Positions 62,189 to 64,000 of a DNA stretch of 64,000 nucleotides are shown here, piece by piece (the first letter of the stretch is position 1; each line of letters starts with the position of its first letter). Origin of the DNA: Mobula hypostoma (Eukaryota); contig NC_086108.1 in assembly GCF_963921235.1 (NCBI RefSeq), positions 110,362,001 through 110,426,000 of the forward strand, read 5' to 3'. A program made the translations under genes and the position numbers. The notes beneath the pieces were generated by a model. The model saw nothing but the letters and a program-made list of their open reading frames with translations. It did no database searches and had not been told where the DNA came from.

Positions 62189-64000
62189 CATAGAAACATA
62201 GAAACATAGAAAATAGGTGCAGGAGTAGGCCATTCGGCCCTTCGAGCCTGCACCGCCATTTATTATGATCATGGCTGATCATCCAACTCAGAACCCAGCC
62301 TTCCCTCCATACCCCCTGACCCCTGTAGCCACAAGGGCCATATCTAACTTCCTTTTAAACATAGCTAATGAACTGGCCTCAACAGTTTGCTGTGGCAGAG
62401 AATTCCACAGATTCACCACTCTCTGTGTGAAGAAGTTTTTCCTAACCTCGGTCCTAAAAGGCTTCCCCTCTATCCTCAAACTGTGACCCCTCGTTCTAGA
62501 CCTCCCCAACATCGGGAACAATCTTCCCGCATCTAGCCTGTCCAATCCCTTTAGGATCTTATACGTTTCAATCAGATCCCCCCTCAATCTTCTAAATTCC
62601 AACGAGTACAAGCCCAGTTCATCCAGTCTTTCTTCATATGAAAGACCTGCCATCCCAGGAATCAATCTGGTGAACCTTCTTTGTACTCCCTCTATGGCAA
62701 AGATGTCTTTCCTCAGATTAGGGGACCAAAACTGCACACAATACTCCAGGTGTGGTCTCACCAAGGCCTTGTACAACTGCAGTAGTACCTCCCTGCTCCT
62801 GTACTCGAATCCTCTCGCTATAAATGCCAGCATACCATTCGCCTTTTTCACCGCCTGCTGTACCTGCATGCCCACTTTCAATGACTGGTGTATAATGACA
62901 CCCAGGTCTCGTTGCATCTCCCCTTTTCCTAATCGGCCACCATTCAGATAATAATCTGTTTTCCTATTTTTGCCACCAAAGTGGATAACTTCACATTTAT
63001 CCACATTACATTGCATCTGCCATGAGTTTGCCCACTCACCCAACCTATCCAAGTCACCCTGCATCCTCTTAGCATTCTCCTCACTGCTAACACTGCCACC
63101 CAGCTTTGTGTCATCCGCAAACTTGGAGATGCTGCATTTAATTCCCTCATCCAAGTCATTAATATATATTGTAAACAACTGGGGTCCCAGCACTGAGCCT
63201 TGCGGTACCCCACTAGTCACCGCCTGCCATTCTGAAAAGGTCCCGTTTATTCCCACTCTTTGCTTCCTGTCTGCTAACCAATTCTCCACCCACACCAATA
63301 CCTTACCCCCAATACCGTGTGCTTTAAGTTTGCACACTAATCTCCTATGTGGGACCTTGTCAAAAGCCTTTTGAAAATCCAAATATACCACATCCACTGG
63401 TTCTCCCCTATCCACTCTACTAGTTACATCCTCAAAAAATTCTATGAGATTCGCCAGACATGATTTTCCTTTCACAAATCCATGCTGACTTTGTCCGATC
63501 ATTTCACCGCTTTCCAAATGTGCTGTTATCACATCCTTGATAACTGACTCCAGCAGTTTCCCCACCACCGACGTTAGGCTAACCGGCCTATAATTCCCCG
63601 GTTTCTCTCTCCCTCCTTTTTTAAAAAGTGGGGTTACATTAGCCACCCTCCAATCCTCAGGAACTAGTCCAGAATCTAACGAGTTTTGAAAAATTATCAC
63701 TAATGCATCCACTATTTCTTGGGCCACTTCCTTAAGCACTCTGGGATGCAGACCATCTGGCCCTGGGGATTTATCTGCCTTCAATCCCTTCAATTTACCT
63801 AACACCACTTCCCTACTAACATGTATTTCGCTCAGTTCCTCCATCTCACTGGACCCTCTGTCCCTTACTATTTCTGGAAGATTATTTATGTCCTCCTTAG
63901 TGAAGACAGAACCAAAGTAATTATTCAATTGGTCTGCCATGTCCTTGCTCCCCATAATCAATTCACCTGTTTCTGTTTGCAGGGGACCTACATTTGTCTT
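62189..64000 (-). mobile_element. Young CR1 LINE with uninterrupted RT ORF (at least 557 aa, runs off the window edge)
   Basis: ORF 62288..63961 stays open to position 64000. FADD motif. (TTTCTATG)n tail at 62189-62212. Confidence 0.93.

Noticed and set aside
42150..64000. A downstream host gene
   Set aside because: No non-TE coding exon recognised. All long ORFs are LINE-derived or their antisense shadows. Small exons could have been missed.

Overview
Eukaryotic, transposon-dense genomic DNA. The repeat content (HE1/V-SINE-like SINEs, CR1, Rex1/Babar, Penelope-derived repeats) suggests a cartilaginous fish, probably a ray; this is inference. The only host gene found is the 3' part of a cAMP-dependent protein kinase catalytic subunit, most likely PRKACB. 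It has seven + strand coding exons between 1231 and 39638, all with canonical AG/GT borders (819 nt, 272 aa plus stop), followed by a ~2.3 kb TE-free 3' UTR. Its introns and the 22 kb downstream hold nested mobile elements: a Gmr1-type LTR retrotransposon with SCAN-like gag and pruned pol (21943-26847); a near full-length L1-clade LINE flanked by an unusually long target duplication and carrying a complete Tc1 transposon and a Rex1 fragment; a TSD-bounded RTE; several CR1 LINEs; two solo LTRs; MITEs; and SINEs. The most notable signal is a family of short palindromic Penelope-derived insertions carrying minimal hammerhead-ribozyme motifs. One motif is intact and sits at the apex of a long hairpin (28879-28914, - strand). 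Coordinates were read by eye, and the ends of decayed repeats are approximate. No database searches were run.
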